NCBI GenBank assembly: GCA_963514005.1
Contig: OY740808.1
Location: 12,772,001-12,836,000, forward strand
DNA: 64,000 nucleotides
From: Raja brachyura
Lineage: Eukaryota
Direction: 5' to 3'
Shown here piece by piece: positions 22,964-37,015 of the stretch. Each line of letters starts with the position of its first letter. The first letter of the stretch is position 1. The notes under the pieces are model-generated. The model was not told the origin of the DNA, searched no databases, and saw only the letters and a list, made by a program, of their open reading frames with translations. Both the position numbers and the translations under genes were made by a program.

Positions 22964-23191
22964 TGCCCATGTCCCACTCAGGAAACCTGAACGGAAACCT
23001 GAACGGAAACCTCTGGAGACTTTGCGCCCCACCCAAGGTTTCCATGCGGTTCTTGGAGGTTCCCGGAGGTTCCTGGAGGTTTTTGTCAGTCTACCTAATG
23101 GTCGAAAATGGTATGTTGGTAGAAGAAGGGGAAACCACTTTCGACCATCAGGGAGACTGACAAAAACCTCTGGGAACCTCCGAGAACCGCA
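22964..23191. mobile_element. Palindromic MITE, possibly Harbinger-type, right end lost
   Basis: Begins after TAA with tgcccatgtcccact; 23045-23191 is a long inverted repeat; absent from paralogous sites. Confidence 0.55.
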
Positions 23192-24532
23192 GCTCAGAGG
23201 TATGAAGATTGATTTCTTTCAAGTACTGCTTCATCCCCCCCCCCCCCGCCCCCCCCACCTATCCCGCCCGCCACCTCCCCCCCCCCCCCGGTAAATAACC
23301 GCCCTACCCCACTCCCCAACCCACGTCATCCAACCAATTCCACTGTTCGTATCCATGTATCACTCCCTCCCCACACAACAATGGGCCGTTATGGGCTCCA
23401 TCTTTCCTGAGGATAACTGTTGCCCGCCTTAATGTTTTTCTGGCCTTATTTTACCTAAAGTCTCCTCCTCCCGCCCCCCCCCCCCCGAAATGTCACCAAT
23501 TATTTTTCTCCCCACCCCCCGAAATGTCACCTATTATTTTTCTCGAGAGGTGCTGCCTGGCCCAATTAGTTGTCCCAGCTTTATATATCTATCTTCCGTA
23601 TAAAACGAGCACCTACTGTTATCTTCCTATATATTTTGTAAAACGACAGTATTAGTTAATTCCTGTTTCGTTTTCATTCTTTATGAAGTATCTATTTTTT
23701 TCTGCAAATTCATTCTTTGGCTCCGACCTTTTCGATATGTGTTAAGATTATGGAAGTTCGGGGCACAATTACACAGCTTACAGAGGTCCTGATATTTCAA
23801 AATATATAAGCAGTGAGGATTTGCGTTATTCTGAAAACATAAGCTCGGAGTGGTGACAGTTACATTTATTTGAATGTAGTGCTAGTTCTCGTAATTCGTT
23901 TTGATAGGGGTGATACATATGTCGTGAATTGTAAATAATTGCACCATCTGAGAGCCCCAAGGTAGTAGGTACATAGACATTCAAATAAATTATTTTTTTA
24001 AAAAGCGATTAAAAAGTAACTTTACGTTTCCCTGAGAAATAAAATAATACAAATAATAGATAAAATTACTGAAACCTCTGCTATTTTTGTTTGGTTCCAC
24101 CATGTGAATAATCCACAATTTGTTAACAAATAGAATCCCAAACGGTCTTTGGCTGTGCATCGGGGTAATCTCTATTTCCCGGTGCGTAAAGCAAACAAAC
24201 AGAGAATTGCAAAGAGTGGTGGAGAGAAACAGAGAAAGGATGTGCATGAGGGCGGGAAAGAAAATAACTTATAGAGCGCGGTCAGAGTGGAAGAGAAAGC
24301 AAGGTGAGAGGGAAAACGGGGTAGGAATTGGAATGGACACCGATGAGTTTATAGCGGTAAGGACGATATAAAGTACAGAAATTAACAAATGCATGAACAA
24401 AAGAGGAACATTAAAAACAAAACGCACTCCTTTTCAGATCACAGATGCCCATGCACACAAATAATTGAACAATATTAATTATTATTTTGCTATCAGCGCA
24501 TAACCTTGCAAACGATTAAATTGATAACAAAT

Positions 24533-24985
24533 TCTACAGCAAGACAATGATCCCAAACATACTGCTAAAGCAAAAAAAATGTTTTTCAAAGCTAAAAAAT
24601 GGTCAGTTCTTGAGTGGCAAAGTCAATCACCCGATCTGAACCCAATTGAGCATGCCCTATATATGCTGAAGAGAAAACTGGTGACTAGCCCCCAAAACAA
24701 AAATAGGCAAAAGATGGCTGCAATACAGGCGTGGCAGAGCATTACAAGAGAAGACACCCAGCAACTGGTGATGTCCGTGAATCCCAGACTTTGCATGCAA
24801 AGGATATGCAACAAAATACTAAACATGACTACTTTCATTTACATGACATTGCTGTGTCCCAAACATAATGGTGCCCTGAAATATGCGGGGGGGGGGGGGG
24901 GGGGGGGGGGGTGGCTATGTACCAACACTGCTGTAATTTCTACATGGTGAAACCAAAATGTATAAAAATGGCCTTTATTAACGAA
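24533..24985 (+). mobile_element. Tc1 3' fragment
   Basis: QQDNDPKH..WQSQSPDLNPIEH and a partial right TIR. Confidence 0.85.
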
Positions 24986-25099
24986 CCAGTAAAGTACACA
25001 AGTTGCGCACGTTCGAAACGCGGACTGATTAAGCACGACCTCTGGTGGAATCTGCACATCCTGGTATGATCACGTCTGCACCTGAACACCACTATGGGT

Positions 25100-25880
25100 A
25101 GAGTAGAATTAACACAAGCTATCCTGTAAAGGTTTATCCAGCCGAGGGGGAGACGGAGCCCAGGAAGGAGATTGAATACCGCATAACCTGGTGCCAATTT
25201 ACAACTGATCTCACAATGGCAGCAAGACTTTACGAGATCAGGTTGACTTCATGGAACTAAGAAGGACACACATTATGACGGCGAACTAGAGGTGTTCGAA
25301 ATCTTCAGGGACTTATGAATGAACATCACCAGCAAACTCACCTGGACCAGCCATGTTGAAGCAATGGACAAGAATGCACACAACGCCGTTATTTCCCAAG
25401 GAGGCTCAGTAGATTTGGCGTGTACCTAACAGCCCTGGACAACTTCCACAGCCGCGTTCTAGAAAACATTTTTTAGAAAACATCGGCATGCATCACACCC
25501 GTGGTGTTGGAACAGGTCCATCGAAACTCGCAAGACATTGCAGACAGTTGTGGACCTAGCCCAGGCCACCACGCAAAACAGCCAACCTTCCTTGGACTCC
25601 TTCTGCACCGCACTGCCTTGCTGGGCCACCATCATAATCAAGAACTGGTCTCACTCTGGCCATTCCCTCTTCCCCCCTCTCCCATCAAGCAAGATGTACA
25701 GAAGTTTGAAAACGCATACGTCCAGACCATTGAATTATCTTTAATACGACTTCATAATGCACTGGATGGTTTACCTTTATCCTGTGTACACTGTAGACGG
25801 CTTGATTTTAATCATATAGAATTCTTTTGTAGACATCAAAAAAGGTTTTTACTTAACCTCAATATAATAAACTAAACTAA
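25100..25880 (+). mobile_element. Old degraded Rex1/Babar-like LINE 3' part
   Basis: Residual RT C-terminal similarity; paralogue at ~47780-48610. Confidence 0.55.
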
Positions 25881-28461
25881 GATGATGAAGAAGAAATATG
25901 AGTTCAAAAATAGTGACCAAGTGATGTAAATGTGAACAAAATAAATGTAAGATTCCAGATTGCGGTGATACGGGAGTTTCAGATTTAACATTGTTCATTA
26001 GCTCCACGGTAGCATGGATGAAGAAGAAATAAAAAGTATTATAGTTGGCTCAGGGCACACAGACACTCTGTTTCATGAACTTTGACGAAGAACACCAATG
26101 TCTGTGTCCAGTGTGCGGAGCGGGGACTAAGGGCATTTTCGTGTCTCTGGAGAAATATACAGGCGGAATTGGCATGGCACAGATATCCAAGTCCGCCGAA
26201 GAACTGGCAAAGTTCAAAGCGCCAGATCTGCACTTGTTCCACAAGAAGTTTGGCAGCTGAAGAAATTAAGAAGCTCAGTTTTAACAATCCATTGTTCACA
26301 GCGCCACGTGCAAATATGCTCTGGAACAGAATATCAACGTGTGGCATGGACGACATAAGTTTTGCAATAGTATTGACGTATACAGATATATTTCAATGAG
26401 CACATCGCCACAGTGATCATGTTGGGACCATCTTCTTACGAATCGGGTAAAAATGGGATAGATGGGAATTAAACAAATCGTGGAGTTTTAAATAGGAGAA
26501 CATTGCGTTTTTTTACATCGGAGATCAAGTCCATGGGGCAAAATGGTAATGTGACAGTAATATCGCAAATGTAAAGGTGATATTGCGCCAGTTGTGCTTG
26601 AATAGGCGGTGGTTAAAATAGACGGCGCATGAACACCGATTGAGACAGATTAATTGGTTTGTTAACATGTGGTTAACAAAAAAAAATTGCGAAGAACCAA
26701 AAAAGTGCAAGAGGAGATCTCAGAGTCGATCTCGCGCCGAGGACTCGTGCCGCGGAGCGGACTGGGAACCCAACCGGAAGGCATGTTTCGCCCGCCCGGA
26801 GAGGAAGGAGTCGGAGGAAGGGCCGTTAAGCAGACTGACTGCGGGAGGGAGGGCAATACCCTGACGGTGAAGAGGGCCGATGAAGATCCTGTAACGCTGC
26901 CAGGGCAGTGGACCCTATATTAATAACAGCTAGGATTTGAAAATGGAGCTAAATCTGGCGACGCTATACACTGTCTCAGTGTACCACCACGATACAATTT
27001 TAGTGCATCTGAGATGTTTATCTAAGATGCATTTAAGTGCTTATGTATAGTGATACTTGTACTGAACTGTAAACAAAAATGCATTACGCTGTACCCCGGT
27101 AGATGAGAATGGCGTACTTTTGAACCATTCATAAAAACTCTACGTATTTCTTTGAAGATAGATATAAAAAGCTGGTCAGACAACATGTCAGGAGAAAATG
27201 AATAGGTGACGTTTCGGGTCTGAAGAAGCTTCGTCAGCTATTCGTTTTATCCAGAGATGCTGTCTGACCCGAATGAATTACTCCAACTTTTTTATGTCTA
27301 TCTTCGGTTTCAACCGGCACCTGCACTTCCTTCCTACATATCTGCAACCGGGCAGTGTATTTCAATTGGGCTGCAGAAGATTCCCTGCGAATTTCGAAGA
27401 TAGAGAGGAGAACTAATTGGAAAATAAATGCTTTTGTGAGAGGGATGACCACGAGAACCCTGGATCTGTTGGATCTAAAGTGGGGATTTAATATCATGCT
27501 GGATCTGGCTATGTAGGGGTGAGATAAAGTGGAATGTCTTCGCGGAGAAGGTTGTAAATCATTGGAATCCTCTTTGTTGGGTGGCTTAGAATGTCCCGCC
27601 ATTGGAACAATTCATATCTGATCATCTGATATTGATGGATAGTTGGGCACTAGAGGAACAGATGGAAATGCCAAGACAAGGAAGATTCAATCTTTGCTGT
27701 TTGCTCCCTTAGAAAAAAATATATAACCCACAGCGGTGATTTGGATGGAACATGGCATGATAACGACAGCCTAAGCGTAATTGGAATACAAATCTCGTCA
27801 TCGATTAATGTCGATGTCTTCAGTGAAAAAGGATGGAGGTGCGGTGCATAGTGTGTATGGTGTGAAGCAGAGGTGGGAACAAACTATCAGTTTTACAGAA
27901 TCTTGCTGATATGTTGGGAATTAATGTCGTTTCCGGTAAATTTCCAGGTATTCAATAACTTGCCTTTATTTACAGTATGTAACGGTGCAACTTACGAACG
28001 AAAACATATTTAACACATCCTTTAATCCCTGAAGGTGTGGGGTTGGTAAGGACATTTTGGACAAAATGAACAACCTGAAACGTCAAATCAATTTCGCCCT
28101 TCAGGCCGCCTCGCCTGCTGAGTGCTCCCAATTTTGTTGATTCTTATTGGAGTTGAGATCACGTTTGTCATGATTGGTTTAGAACGCATTGTATAACTTA
28201 GCGAGTGGCACAAACTCACTACTGTTCTACGATTGTAATTCGAGATCGAGATGGAGGGGAAATAATTCAGCGTTTCTTACTCAAATGTACAAGACAACAC
28301 AATCCATATTAAGTCGTCATGTTTGGGGTCACAAATAAATAAAAGAGAATCAGCGATGCATTTGACAATAGTTTTAAAACTTTACTCAACGTCTGCAAAG
28401 AATACCTTGGGTACAATAGCAACATACATGCTTTCAGTTAACGCAATTGAATCGACGATGC

Positions 28462-28467
28462 TTTATT
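28462..28467 (-). terminator. Polyadenylation signal of cluster 2
   Basis: AATAAA on the minus strand about 180 nt after the stop. Confidence 0.7.
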
Positions 28468-28646
28468 CAAGAATTATATTCTTTCGAAAGAACTACATTT
28501 AAAGCGAACAAGTCATAAAAATCAAGGTTTCAACCAGAAATCGCATTATATTTATGAAAATTCCGAAAGACAAAGATTAACTTTCTCACATGGAAAAACC
28601 CAATGGTGATTAGCTAACTTTGGGGAGTCCGCTCACGCTTCAAACA

Positions 28647-28969
28647 TCAGATGCAGCTGGATCTCGTGATTGTTGTCTTCAGCGGGTTTGACTGAGTCTG
28701 GTGTTTAACCACACAGGAGTAAAGCTCGTGTAAGTTCCAGTCTGAGGCTGGCAGAGTCAGGTAACTGCTGAGACTGAACGTGTTGTCTTTATCCTGCTGG
28801 ATCGGGCTGGTCTCAACGCCGCTATTCTTTGCACCGCCGTCGACGCTCCACTCAACGTCCACCGAGCCCGGATTAAACCCGTTCACCAAACACACCAGGG
28901 TGGCGGTGCCCTTTGAGCTAACTTCATCGGCTGAAGGCGGGAGGACCGTCACAATCGGTGCCCGAGGAT
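28647..28969 (-). CDS. IgL cluster 2 constant exon
   Basis: ORF 28647..28952, C1-set domain, about 7 aa different from cluster 1 C. Confidence 0.95.
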
Positions 28970-30504
28970 CTGTTCAATAAGAAGTCACATTTCATTGGAT
29001 AATTGCTGTCGTTGGGATATCATTATTTGCCAAAAATACATCTCATTAAAGCACTCATTTATTCATTTTTGGAAATAAGTCGTTTTATTCTCGACTTATT
29101 TCAAACCATTACAGTGTGTTTTTTTTAAATTGGGTAAACAGTAAATAAAGTACGTGAGAGCAACCAGAATAGTTAATTTTCTGTCTACCCTATACGTAAA
29201 CTCCGGGAAGCCATATGTGATAGATCATGGCTGCACTATTTTACAAAACTGAATACATTATTGTAACTTTTATAATGTTCATTTTACTACACATCTCCGG
29301 CTTTACATTTATTTAAATATATCAGCAGATATAAACGATTCGCGGTCGTTAAATTTATAATAACAGATTTAAACTTATTTAATTGTCGGCACCCTTTGAG
29401 ATGGACGGTGACGCTATTTAAGTTCTGCAAAAATATATGGAAACTAGTCTTCGAAAGCCACGGTTGCCGATTCGCAGATATAGTTCACAAGCAATGATGA
29501 CATAGTAGTTCGAATGTATATTTATATTTGAAATGCATTTGAAATATATTTGGATGCGTCCACGAATGGCTGCTCTTCGTCTTAAACAACATTTCTGAAG
29601 AAAATGTGCGAAACTTTATCCTTTCGCATTTCACATATTGATATCCTAGTTTCACCCGGCAACCGGATTTTTGACAGTGTTGAATATTAACGTTGGTAAC
29701 CCTCCGTTACCCAAGCAATTTCCTTTCATATCTGGACAATCACTGCGAATATTTCCGCAATTCATTGTACGAAGCTCAAGTCAAATCATTAGCTCGCTTT
29801 CTCAGTAATTTCACTGAGTTACGTCCAAGTGAACTCGGAACATCTGTAGAGCAAAATCGCACTATCTGCACTGAAATACAGCTGGCCCAATCAAAGAATA
29901 ATGTGAATCCACGACATTAAATCAAGCAATATCTGCATTAAAATGAAATGAAAGCAGCGCGCTGTCCGATGAATATATTTTACTTACCGCCAATACCCAG
30001 CCTCGTTCCTTTACCGAAATGTATACCACTATCCCATTTGGCACAGTAATAGTCCGCAGCATCCACCGATTGAACGCTAGATATTGCGAATATTGCAGTG
30101 CTGCCTGACACCGAGATGGAAAAACGGTCTGGAATGTCCGTGCCTTTATAAATGCTGCCGGATTCATAGTAGAATAGATACTTGGGAGTTTTGCCAGGAA
30201 TCTGTTGGTACCACGAGACATAGTTAGCGCCTGAACTCGAACCCGATATGGTACAGGATATTTGTAGTTTCTGTCCCGTAGAGGTGGACATCGAAGGCGG
30301 CTGACTTACTGTAACTGCCGCGCTCAAGTCTGAGAAAAGAGAAATATCAGAAAAAAAGAAAATTGTTAAGTTTGTTGAAGTGTGGGAGATAACCCCAAAT
30401 TAATGGTGAACAGAAATAAGCATGATGTCCGGGAAAGTAAAATACTCACAAACTGCGCAACACACCAACGCACCGACCACACGGATCCAATACGACATTT
30501 TCAT
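28647..30504 (-). CDS. IGL: Ig light chain gene, cluster 2; exons 30504-30450, 30329-29988, 28969-28647
   Basis: Spliced ORF MKMSYWIRVVGALVCCAV/YLSAAVTVSQPPS...YYCAKWDSGIHFGKGTRLGIG/DPRAPIVTVLPPS...RSSCI*; intact splice sites and frame. Confidence 0.95.
29988..30329 (-). CDS. IgL cluster 2 germline-joined VJ exon
   Basis: ORF 29980..30327; V motifs continuous with FGKGTRL; CDR2 one codon shorter than in clusters 1 and 3. Confidence 0.95.
30450..30504 (-). CDS. IgL cluster 2 leader exon
   Basis: 55 nt from ATG to a GTGAGT donor; hydrophobic signal peptide. Confidence 0.88.
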
Positions 30505-30740
30505 TTACCGACTGAGCTCCGATAGGGCGGCAGTTTCCAGGACGAGTGGCGTGTAATCTTGCTCTCCGGCTCTCTTTATAAATGGAAAGACGAGATGTCA
30601 CCGTGTGTTTATCTCTCCAAGCCAATCAAACCGGTATGCTCCTCGAAGCCAATCAGAAATTGCCAGATTCTTCCTCAAAATATTTGCCACTGTGAAACAT
30701 GCAGGTCCCATTTTAGAGATTTGTATTTCTAAAAAGCTTC
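30505..30740 (-). promoter_or_regulatory. IgL cluster 2 promoter
   Basis: TATAAA at 30580-30575, CRE-like motif and two inverted CCAAT boxes as in cluster 1. Confidence 0.65.
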
Positions 30741-32039
30741 ATGCGTTCTCATACACACAGCAGAATGAAAAGGATTGCCACAGTTGCCCCTTCATTATCA
30801 ACAAGCAATCTATAATTTTCTGTATGAACCCTCCGCATATATACACTAAACAGATTGCGAGTTTTAAATATTATATTCGGTAACTGTTTAATCACCAATA
30901 AAAACGGAATGGAAATATTTTATCTAAACGGACCAACTGAACCCGTATCGCTGATTTCCTTCGCTCCATGAATGCTCCCTCACCCGCTGAGTTTCACCAG
31001 CATTTTGGTCTACCTCCATATCGCTGAACATAACATGATCACAGTCACCTCCTCAGCACTGCTTTATTAAAAAGCAAATTAAATCTATCTTTAGATATCT
31101 TTGTAATTTTAGAAATCATAAACCGCACTGGCTGCCCTTCTACTTGTGTATCAGATAATTTAGAAAGGACCTGAGGGACAGAACATCACTACAAATGTCA
31201 GTAAAGTGGCAATTTTGGTGGCTATTTTGACAACCCGATGTGTGGCGTGCTTGGAAAAGCGGTCTGTGATTCTATCCTATTGTAATGCGCAGTAATTCGC
31301 AAAACTTCCCACGACACAAAGTGGAAAGGTTACCTGTACCAAATTAATGCATATTTGAGTGAAACAAAAGGGGTCATATTGGCCCTCACCGACCAGTTCC
31401 AGAGTTCTTTCGACTTTGTAGTACTACAGGACGACAGGAATATGGCAAAATTGACAAGGGAGAAATGCGAAGAGAGGTTTTCGGTAAATAGCGGGTGAGA
31501 AAATAATCACAATTAATAATTGTCCTTAAAGTGTCATTAAACTATATTAGTTTAGCAGTGCACATGACTGGACAGCCATCCATTAACTTAACCGTTCATC
31601 CTTTCCCCACTACGTTTTCCCCATGACCTGCCTCGGATTTCCCAGGAAGCTCCGGTTTCCTTCCAGACGACAAAGACAGATTGGTAGGTTCATTGGCTTG
31701 GTAAAATTATATATTGTCCTTAAAGTGTGTAGGATAGTGTTAATGTGCGGGGACTGTTGATCAGTGGGCAGAAGGGCCTGTTTCCGCGCTGTATACAATT
31801 AGCACTATCTACAGAATGGGCTGTAACGTAGGCATGTCACTACGATAAGGAAGTTTACCTAATGTTTATTTACACGGGTATCTGCTCTCACCGTTCTCAT
31901 CCTTCTCTCACTGCTGCATGTTGTCAACTTTGCAACGTGGAATGCCGTGAGACAATGAACACGCGAAAGATTGCACTGGCTCATGGCTGTTCATTATTAC
32001 CTCCCCAAATGTCGATCCGCAGATACTACATGATCCCCC

Positions 32040-34125
32040 ATAGAGTCAAAGAAAGTCATCGTCATAGAGTGTGGCAACAAGCGCTTCGGTCCAACTTTCC
32101 CACATCGGCCAACACGTCCCATCTACACTAGTCCCACCTTCCGGTATTGGGTTCATATCCCTCCAAATATGTCATATCCATGTACCTGTCTAACTGTTTT
32201 TTTAAACGTTGGGAGAGTCCCTGGCACAACTACCTCCTCTGGCTGCTTGTTCCATACAACCACCACCCTCTGTGGGGAAAAAGATGCCCCTCGGATTCCC
32301 ATTAAATCTTTGCCCTGTCACCATGAAGCTTGTCCTCGATTCGCCCACTCTAGGCAAGAGACTGTGCTTCTACCCGATCTATTCCACTCAGGAACTTATA
32401 CACCTCTATAAGATTTCCCCTCATCTTCCTGTGCTCCAAATAAGAGTCCCAGCCCACTTAACCTGTCCCTATAGCTCAGACCCTCTAGTCCTGGCAACAT
32501 CCTCGTAAATCTTCTCTGTACCCTTTCCAGCTTGTCGAAATCTTTCCTATAAGATGGTGCCCAGACTGAACACAATAATCTAAATGCGGCATCACCAACG
32601 TGTTATACAGTACATATGCAACAAGACCACGCAACCTCTATACTCTGGCTGATGAAGGCCAATGTGCCAAAGGCCTTTTTGCCCACCCGATCTACCGTCG
32701 ACTGCGTAGGGCCTGCCCGTGTTAGACTTCCCAAAATGCAACACTTCACATTTCTCTGCATTAACCATTGCTCAGCCTGCCTGGCCAATTGATCAAGATC
32801 CTGCTGCACTTTTTCACAACCACCTTCACTATCTGCAAAACCTGCCACGTTTGTATCACCTGCAAACTTGCTAATCTTACCGAGTATGATCTCATTCAAA
32901 TCATTGATATGGATGACAAATATTAACGGGCCCAGCAGCGAACCCTGACGCACACCCAGTGTTACTCCAGCACTTTGTGTTTTATCATGGTTGCAGCATC
33001 CGCAGTTGCTTGTGTCTCTGTGTTCCCACTTTTGGATGGGCAATAAATACTGCGTTGCCAGAGACGCAATCATCCTACAAATGAATAACTTTGAAGAATT
33101 AGATGTGACCAAGTGAGACAGAAACATGGAAAATAGGTGCAGGAGGAGGCCATTTAGCCCTTCGAGCCTGCACCGCTATTCATTGTGATCATGGCTGATC
33201 ATCCACAAACAGTAACCCTTGCCTTCTCCCCGTACCCCTTGATTCCGCCAGCCTTCGAGAGCTCTATCTAACTCTTTTAAATTCATCCAGTGAATGGGCC
33301 TTTACTGCATTATGTTGCAGAATATTCCACAAATTCACAACTCTCTGGGTGAAAGTTTTTTTTCTTCTCAGTTTTAAATGGCCTCCCCTTTATTCTTAGA
33401 CTGTGGCCCCTGGTTCTGGATATTATACGTTTCCATAAGATCCCCTCCTTCTAACTTCCAGTGAATACATGCCCAATCTTTCCTCATATGACAGTCCCAT
33501 CATGCAAAGTATGAACCTCTTGAACCTACGCTGCACTGCCTCAATAGCAAGGATGCTCTTCCTTAAATTAGGAGACCAAAACCGCACGCAATACTCCAGA
33601 TGTTGTCTCAGCAGGGCCCTGTACAACTGCAGAAGGACCTCTTTACTCCTCTACTCAAATCCTATCCAACATGCCATTAGCTTTCTTCACTGCCTGCTGT
33701 ACCTGCATGGTTTTTTTTCAATGATTGGTGTACAAGGACACTCAGGTCTCGCTGCACTTCCAATTTTCCTAATCAGACACCATTGAGATAATAATTTGCC
33801 TCCTTGTTCTTGCCGCCAAAGTGGATCAACTCACAGTTATATACATTCATTGCCATGCATTTGACCACTCACAACCTGTCCAAGTCACCCTGCAACCTCC
33901 TAACATCCTCTTCGTAGTTCACAATGTCACCCAACTTTGTGTCATCTGCAAATTTGCTAGTGTTACTTTTGATCTCATCATCTAAATCATTCATATATAT
34001 TGTAAATAGTTGCGGCCCCAACACTGAGCCTTGCGGCACTCCACTAGCCACTGCCGGCCATTTGACAGGATCCCGTTTATTCCTACTCTTTGTTTCCTGT
34101 TTACCAACCAATGCTCTATCCATGC
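32040..34125 (-). mobile_element. Two CR1 fragments (32040-32960 and 33120-34125)
   Basis: RQGSLLGPLIF..KFAGDT; [30 protein letters not shown]. Confidence 0.85.
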
Positions 34126-34440
34126 CAATGCCATGTCAAAGATCGAGCAGAGTGCATTGATGAAGGATTGTTTAATGTTTCACAGTCACGAAAGTGGACA
34201 TGGTGTACTAACAAGACAGTGTTGACCCCACTGCACTTCCAGATATCTATTGGAATATCTCAATTCCATTCTTAGAGACATCCGAGACTAGTTCGGCCCT
34301 TGATTTAATAAATAGCTTACTATTTCTTGAGTACAAAGAAGAACGACTCGATTTAAAACTCTCTGAGTTGACTTTTGTTTCAAATCAGATTTATTGATTG
34401 TATAAAAAAATGTTTCAATCCAACTCACAGAACTCATTTC

Positions 34441-36285
34441 AGCGTATTTGGAAAGCAATGAAGGGGTCGGACAAAGTCAGCAGGGATTCATTAAGGGGAA
34501 ATCATGCTTGACTAATCTTCTGGAAATTTTTGAGGATGTAACAAGTAGAATGGAAAAGGAAGAGCCAGTTGATGTGTTATATCTGGACTTTCAAAAACCC
34601 TTTGACATGGTCCCACACAAGAGATTAGCGTGCAAAATTAGAGGACAAGGTATTGGGAGTAGGGTATTGATGTGGATGAGGAACTGGTTTGCAGGCAGGA
34701 AGCAAAGGGAAGGACTTTATGGGTCCTTTTCAGAATGGCAGGCAGTGACTGTAACCCCAGTTATTTACAATGTATGTTAACGATCTAGATGAGGGAACTA
34801 AAAGTAACAACTCCAAGTTTGGGGATGACACAAAGCTGGGTCGCAGCGTGAGCTGAGAGGAGGGTGGTATGGGGCTGTAGGGTGACTTGGATAGGTTGGG
34901 TGAGTGGGCAAATGCATGGCAAATGCTGTATAATGTCGATAAATGTGAGGTTATCCACTTCGGTGGTAAGAACAAGAAGGCAGATTATTATCTGTATTGT
35001 GTCAGATTAGGAAAAGGTGAGGTGCAACGAGGCCCTGAACATCAGTGATTTGTACATCAGTCACTGAATGTAAGCATGCAGGTACATCAGGCAGTGAAGA
35101 AAGGAAATGGCATGTTGATCTTTATAGTGAGAGGATTTGAGTATAGGAGCAAGGAGATCCTACTGCAGCTGTACAGGGGCCTGATGAGACCACACCTGGA
35201 CTATTGTGTGCAGTTTTGGATCCTAATTTGTGGAAGAACATTCTTGCTATTGAGAGAGTGCAACGTAAATTCACCAAGTTAATTCCCGGGATGGCGGGAC
35301 TTACATATAATGAAAGAATGGGACGACTGGGCTTGTATTGACTAAGGGTTTGGACAGGCTAAAAATTTTTTCCCGATGTTGGGGGTGAACAGAACCAGGT
35401 GTCACAGATTAAGGATAAGGAGTAGGCTATTTAGGACTGAGATGAGTAGAAACGTTTTCACAAAGAGAGTTGTGAATCTTTGGAATTCTCTGCCACAGAA
35501 GGCAGTGGAGGCCAATTCATTGGATGTTTTCAACATAATTTGATATAGCTGTTGGGATCAAGGGATATGGGGTAAAATTCAGGAACGGAGTACTGATTAT
35601 GGATGATTAGGCATGATCATATTGGATGGGGGTGCTGGCTTCTACTGCACCTATTTTTCATGTTTCTCTTCTCCTTTCTAACGATACGTCCTTTAATGCT
35701 GAGAGTATGGCCACTGGCCCCAGACTCTCCCACCAGTGGAAACATCCTCTCCACGTTTACTCTATACAAGCCTTTCACTATTCGGTAAGTTTCAATCAGG
35801 TCCCCCTTCATCCTTCAAAACATCTGCGAGCACAAGCCCTGTGCTTTCAAGCGCTCATCACATATTAACCCAATTAATCCTGGGATCATTCTTGTAAACC
35901 TCCTCCAGACCCTCTCCAAAGCCAACACATATTTCCTCAGATATGGGGCTAAAACTGCGCTTAATAATCCAAATCCTGTCCGAGCAGTTCCTTATAAAGC
36001 CTCAGCATTACATCCATGTTTTGTATTCTAGCCCTCTCGAAATAAATCCTAATATTGCATTCACCTTCCTTCATACTAATTCGACTTGGAAATTAACTTT
36101 TTGCTAATCCTGAACAGCACTCCCAAGTCCCTTTGCATCTCCGATTTGTGGATTATTTCCCCATTTAGAAAATAGTGTATGCCTTTATTCCTGCTACCCA
36201 AATGCATGACTCCACACTTTGCTGTGCTGCATTCCATCTCCCACTACTCAGCTCAGTCCCGCAAAATATCCAAGTCCTTCTGCAG
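34441..36285. mobile_element. CR1 fragments (+ 34441-35665; - 35668-36285)
   Basis: [23 protein letters not shown]; paralogous to 940-2620. Confidence 0.85.
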
Positions 36286-37015
36286 AGTCCAGGAACCGCA
36301 GGTGCTGGTTTGCATTCGGCGCTTGGCGCAGACGCTGCCACCTATCCCGTGTCTCCAGAGGTTCTGCCTGCTGGTTGATTTACTTCAGCATTTTGTGTTT
36401 ATCTCACGCATAATAATGTGGCTGTCTGCAATGCAACTTCCAAGCACATCAAGGCTTGGAACTATATCATATTTCACTCTTCCTTGAACCAACCTTTGGA
36501 TTTATAACATGAATGGCATCACAAGATTATAGTTGATGAAAATAGACACAAAAAGCCGAAGTTGCTCAGCAGGTCACAGAGGCCGACATCAGGAAATCTT
36601 TCAGAGGGGTAAACCCTCGAAAAGCGCCTGGACCTGATGGTGTACCTGGTCGTGTTCTAAAAACCTGTGCGGACCAACTGGCTGGAGTTTTGCGGACATT
36701 TTGAACCTCTCACTTCTGAGGTCTGAGGTTCCCACCTGCGTCAAAAGGGCATCAATTATACCAGTGCCCAAGAAGAGTAAGGTGACGTGCCTCAATGACT
36801 ATCGACCTGTGGCACTAACGCCTGTGGTGATGAGGTGCTTCAAGAGGTTGATCATGGTGAAAATCAACTCCTACCTCGACAAAAACCTGGACCCACTGCA
36901 GTTCGCTTACCGCCACAACGGATTAACCGTGGATGCAACCTCGCTGGCCCTCCACTCCGCTCTAGACCACTTGGACAACAAAAACTCATATGTCAGGCTG
37001 CTATTCATCGATTAT

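Larger units (their letters stand above)
19451..34260. repeat. Tandem duplication unit 2 (IgL cluster 2)
   Basis: Collinear with unit 1; lacks ~7 kb of unit 1 at junction 24532. Confidence 0.85.

Noticed and set aside
25900-26650. Possible Ig pseudogene or extra exon downstream of C (paralogue ~48600-49330)
   Set aside because: No Ig motifs in the translated frames and ORFs are not conserved between copies.
30605-30883. Plus-strand ORF repeated upstream of each cluster (also 15330..15512, 53524..53802)
   Set aside because: GTG start in two copies, truncated in cluster 1, no domain; similarity is explained by the duplication.
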